Below are positions 60,891 through 64,000 of a DNA stretch of 64,000 bases, one piece after another. The stretch comes from an uncultured Planctomycetia bacterium (GTDB taxonomy: Bacteria > Omnitrophota > Gorgyraeia > 2-02-FULL-51-18), in NCBI GenBank assembly GCA_964642015.1, contig CAZXLF010000003.1, positions 36,204 to 100,203 of the forward strand, read 5' to 3'. The position numbers and the translations under genes were made by a program. A model generated the notes under the pieces. It had not been told where the DNA came from. It saw only the letters and a program-made list of their open reading frames with translations, and ran no database searches. Every line of letters starts with the position of its first letter. Within the stretch, counting starts at the first letter, position 1.

Positions 60891-61946
60891 ATGTCCCGGA
60901 TCAAAGAAAAAAAAGAAGAAAAGAGGGAAGAAAAATCTACACCCAAAGAAGTCGCATCTGAAAAAAAGAAGGCAATAGATGCGGCGGTCCTACAGATCGA
61001 GAAGCATTTTGGAAAAGGCTCGATCATGACGCTTGGAAAACACGCCAAGGCGGATGTTCCTGCGATTCCTACCGGTGCGATAGCGCTGGATGTGGCGCTG
61101 GGCGTGGGCGGTATGCCTCGCGGCCGTGTCATAGAAATATTTGGACCTGAATCCAGCGGAAAGACGACTCTAACGCTCAGCATTATCGCACAATCTCAAA
61201 AAAGAAAAGGGGCAGCCGCTTTCATCGATGCGGAACATGCATTTGACACCACTTATGCAAAAAAACTCGGAGTGAACCTGGATGAACTTTTGGTCTCTCA
61301 ACCGGATACCGGAGAGCAGGCGCTTGAGATCACCGAAATGCTTGTCCGTTCCAACGCGGTCGATGTTATTGTTGTTGATTCAGTTGCGGCGCTTGTTCCG
61401 AAAGCGGAGATCGAAGGCGAAATGGGCGCTTCACACATGGGTTTACAGGCAAGGTTGATGAGTCAGGCTTTGAGAAAACTCACCGCCGCAATTGCCAAAT
61501 CCAAAGCCACCTTGATATTCATTAATCAATTGAGAGAGAAACTCGGGATCATGTTCGGAAACCCTGAGACAACTCCGGGCGGCAGAGCGCTTAAATTCTA
61601 CTCTTCGGTGCGGCTTGACATCCGCCGTATTGCTCAGATCAAGCGCGGCGAAGAAATCGTTGGCGGGCGCGTACGCGTCAAAGTCGTCAAGAATAAAGTC
61701 GCCGCACCGTTCAAGCAGGCCGAATTCGACCTTATGTACGATGAAGGCGTTTCGGCGGCCGGAAGTATTCTTGATACCGCCGAAACTTATGAGATCACTA
61801 AGCAAAGCGGCAGTTGGATCGTTTACGGGGAAGAGAAACTTGGCCAAGGCCGTGAGAACGCAAAAGCGTTCCTGCGTGAAAATCCAAAGGTCATGAACGA
61901 GCTTGAGAAACGGATCTTGGAGAAGGTTTCTGCTCCAAATTCGTAA
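60891..61946 (+). CDS. recA: Recombinase RecA
   Basis: [33 protein letters not shown]; GGAGG RBS favours ATG 60891. Confidence 0.98.
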   Translation: MSRIKEKKEEKREEKSTPKEVASEKKKAIDAAVLQIEKHFGKGSIMTLGKHAKADVPAIPTGAIALDVALGVGGMPRGRVIEIFGPESSGKTTLTLSIIAQSQKRKGAAAFIDAEHAFDTTYAKKLGVNLDELLVSQPDTGEQALEITEMLVRSNAVDVIVVDSVAALVPKAEIEGEMGASHMGLQARLMSQALRKLTAAIAKSKATLIFINQLREKLGIMFGNPETTPGGRALKFYSSVRLDIRRIAQIKRGEEIVGGRVRVKVVKNKVAAPFKQAEFDLMYDEGVSAAGSILDTAETYEITKQSGSWIVYGEEKLGQGRENAKAFLRENPKVMNELEKRILEKVSAPNS

Positions 61947-61964
61947 TTTTAAATAGAATTACGG

Positions 61965-62015
61965 ACAATATCCCGCTCTTTTAGTCTCATCCAAGAGGGC
62001 GGGAATTGTTCTTTT
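61965..62015 (+). terminator. Imperfect hairpin plus T-tract between recA and recX
   Basis: ACAAT.TCCCGC.../...GCGGGAATTGT then TCTTTT. Confidence 0.55.
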
Positions 62016-62037
62016 ATGTCTGATTGTAGGTTAGAGC

Positions 62038-62562
62038 ATGCAACAGTCAAGTAAATCTCGTGAGGAAACTCAGGAAGAGGCGCTTTTAAAGATCAAAAGC
62101 GACGCCTTGAGGCTTTTGTCGTTCGGCGCCAGAAGCGCCGCAGAACTTCGCTCGCGGCTTAAATTAAAAAAATATTCCGCTGGCTTGATCGATGAGACAG
62201 TCGAGTCGTTCCAGAAACAAGGCCTGATCGATGATGAAAAATTCGCGAAACTTTTTGCCGAATCACGCGTTTATAACAGACCTTCCGGAAAAAAACAACT
62301 TGAAATGGATCTCAAGAAAAAAGGGCTTTCGGGTGAACTGATCCGGAAGACCGTTGAGAGCCTAAAAGATTATGATGAGAAGGAAATGATCCGCGGACTT
62401 GTCGCAAAACGGCTTAAGACCATGTCGGGAGTAACAAAAGAAAAAAAGAAAATGCGTCTTTATGGTTTTTTAAAACGCCGAGGTTTTGAATCAGATGCGA
62501 TCTTTTCGGTAATGAATGAATTTTTTTCTGGAAGAATGGGAGAGGCTGGTTTTGAAGACTGA
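62038..62562 (+). CDS. recX: Regulatory protein RecX
   Basis: ALRLLS...RS..EL, IDDEKFA, FLKRRGF; follows recA. Confidence 0.92.
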   Translation: MQQSSKSREETQEEALLKIKSDALRLLSFGARSAAELRSRLKLKKYSAGLIDETVESFQKQGLIDDEKFAKLFAESRVYNRPSGKKQLEMDLKKKGLSGELIRKTVESLKDYDEKEMIRGLVAKRLKTMSGVTKEKKKMRLYGFLKRRGFESDAIFSVMNEFFSGRMGEAGFED

Positions 62563-64000
62563 TGATTTGAGAAAAAAATATCTGGATTTTTTCAGATCAA
62601 AAGAACACAAGGTATTCTCGAGCGATTCGCTTGTGCCGGCGGATGACCCGTCGCTTTTATTCACAGGCGCCGGCATGAACCAGTTCAAGCCTTATTTCCT
62701 CGGATTAAAAAAAGATGTGAAGCGTGCGACCAGCTGCCAGAAATGTCTCCGCACGGCTGACCTTGATCGTGTGGGCAAAACGGCGTATCACCACAGTTTT
62801 TTTGAAATGCTGGGCAACTTTTCTTTCGGCGATTATTTCAAAGAAGAAGCGATCGGATGGGGATGGGAATTTGTGACCAAAGAGCTGCGTTTACCGAAAG
62901 AAAAACTTTGGGTTTCGGTTTACCAAGAGGATGATGAAGCGTTCGGTATTTGGAAGAGCAAGATGAACTTGCCTGAATCAAGGATCGTGCGTATGGGTCC
63001 TGAAGATAATTTTTGGCCGGCCAACGCACCCAAAGACGGGCCCAACGGACCTTGCGGACCGTGTTCCGAGATCTATGTCGGCGAAACGCCCGGAAAAGGC
63101 GTCGAGATATGGAATCTTGTGTTCACGCAATTTGACCGCCAATCCGATGGCTCGCTCAAGCCGCTGCCTCAGAAGAATATCGATACCGGAATGGGTTTGG
63201 AACGCACAGCGGCAGTATTGCAGGGCGTAGCCAGCAATTTCGATACGGACAATTTTCAAAAAATCAGGACCGAGCTTAAGCGTTTGCTTAAAACAGGTTC
63301 AAACGAGAAAGCGCATGAAAATGCTGTGATGGATCATATTCGCGCAATTGTCTTTTCTATTGCCGATGGTGTGCTTCCATCAAATGAGGGGCGTGGATAT
63401 GTTATTCGAAAAATTATCCGTCTAGCAAGTGACCATTTTCAACGTGCAGGCGCCATTAATCCAGGCTCTTTGCACACACTTATACCAGTTGTAACAGCAA
63501 TTTATGGAAATACTTACCCAAATCTATTAAGCAGTCAGAAGACTATTGAAGCAATCGTCATGGGAGAAGAGGGTAATTATTTATTCTTAAGAACAGGAAT
63601 GCTTCCAAAGCTTAGACAGAGCTTGTTAGAGTGCAAGGAAAAAAACTCTGAAAAACAATTTGATATCATTCTTGCATCAATCGCTTTTTTGTATTATGAC
63701 ACTCACGGTTTACCATTCGAACTAATTCAGGAAACAGCTGCTGAGGTTGGTGTAAATTTAAATGCAGAATCATTCAATAGGTTTCTTGAGGAGCAGAGAG
63801 AAAGGTCTAGGCAGTCAAGTAAGATCACTGGCGAAATTTTTTCAAAAAAAGGTTCTTATCACCTAATTGATGGATTGCCGAGTACGATATTTTTGGGGTA
63901 TGAGAAAACCAAAGATCAAGGCAGGCTTTTGAAAATCATCACGCAAGATATTGTTGTCGATACGTTAAAGGCCGGAGAAGAAGGGCTTTTGATCTTCGAC
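62552..64000 (+). CDS. alaS: Alanine--tRNA ligase (3'-truncated by the window edge; absent from the ORF track)
   Basis: TTG start; LRKKYLDFF, DPSLLFTGAGMNQFK, FEMLGNFSFGDYFK, GPCGPCSEI, IDTGMGLER, PSNEGRGY. Confidence 0.97.
   Translation, partial: MKTDDLRKKYLDFFRSKEHKVFSSDSLVPADDPSLLFTGAGMNQFKPYFLGLKKDVKRATSCQKCLRTADLDRVGKTAYHHSFFEMLGNFSFGDYFKEEAIGWGWEFVTKELRLPKEKLWVSVYQEDDEAFGIWKSKMNLPESRIVRMGPEDNFWPANAPKDGPNGPCGPCSEIYVGETPGKGVEIWNLVFTQFDRQSDGSLKPLPQKNIDTGMGLERTAAVLQGVASNFDTDNFQKIRTELKRLLKTGSNEKAHENAVMDHIRAIVFSIADGVLPSNEGRGYVIRKIIRLASDHFQRAGAINPGSLHTLIPVVTAIYGNTYPNLLSSQKTIEAIVMGEEGNYLFLRTGMLPKLRQSLLECKEKNSEKQFDIILASIAFLYYDTHGLPFELIQETAAEVGVNLNAESFNRFLEEQRERSRQSSKITGEIFSKKGSYHLIDGLPSTIFLGYEKTKDQGRLLKIITQDIVVDTLKAGEEGLLIFD

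Overview
This is a bacterial chromosomal segment with almost all genes on the + strand. The PVC-type L28, the type-B sdhCAB, dapL/nadX and the gene order suggest Omnitrophota or another PVC lineage (inference). Housekeeping blocks in order: recJ (5'-truncated) / rpmB / recG-rsmD; sdhCAB-mqnD-acsA; rplM-rpsI; a ~17 kb argCJBDFGH-lysA-dapFABL-folK-panCD-nadX-ECF sigma run ending at tRNA-Pro(CGG); MFS-NUDIX-DMT-ogt-acyP-ligA-xerD-rbfA-truB-ribF; rpsO-pnp-dut-ftsK-rodZ-rimO-pgsA-pgpA-GATase; an inverted cinA; recA-recX-alaS (3'-truncated). An accessory region at about 4.5-15 kb carries exported and orphan proteins bracketed by degenerate GTCATYGCGAG...CTYGCAATGAC palindromic repeats. The main signals missed by the ORF track are: (1) an atypical GEMM-I (c-di-GMP/cGAMP) riboswitch upstream of a broken transglutaminase-like (LapG/BTLCP-like) cysteine protease gene; (2) an identically spaced ECF-type promoter motif (TGAACGAA-N13-GTCGTC-N-TATA) found both before the putative anti-sigma gene and before recA; (3) palindromic elements inserted in-frame in recG; (4) two unannotated small proteins with strong RBS; (5) candidate sRNA and structured RNAs; (6) several probable leaderless genes. 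No CRISPR array, rRNA, transposase or prophage was seen. All family calls come from motif recognition by eye; no database searches were run.
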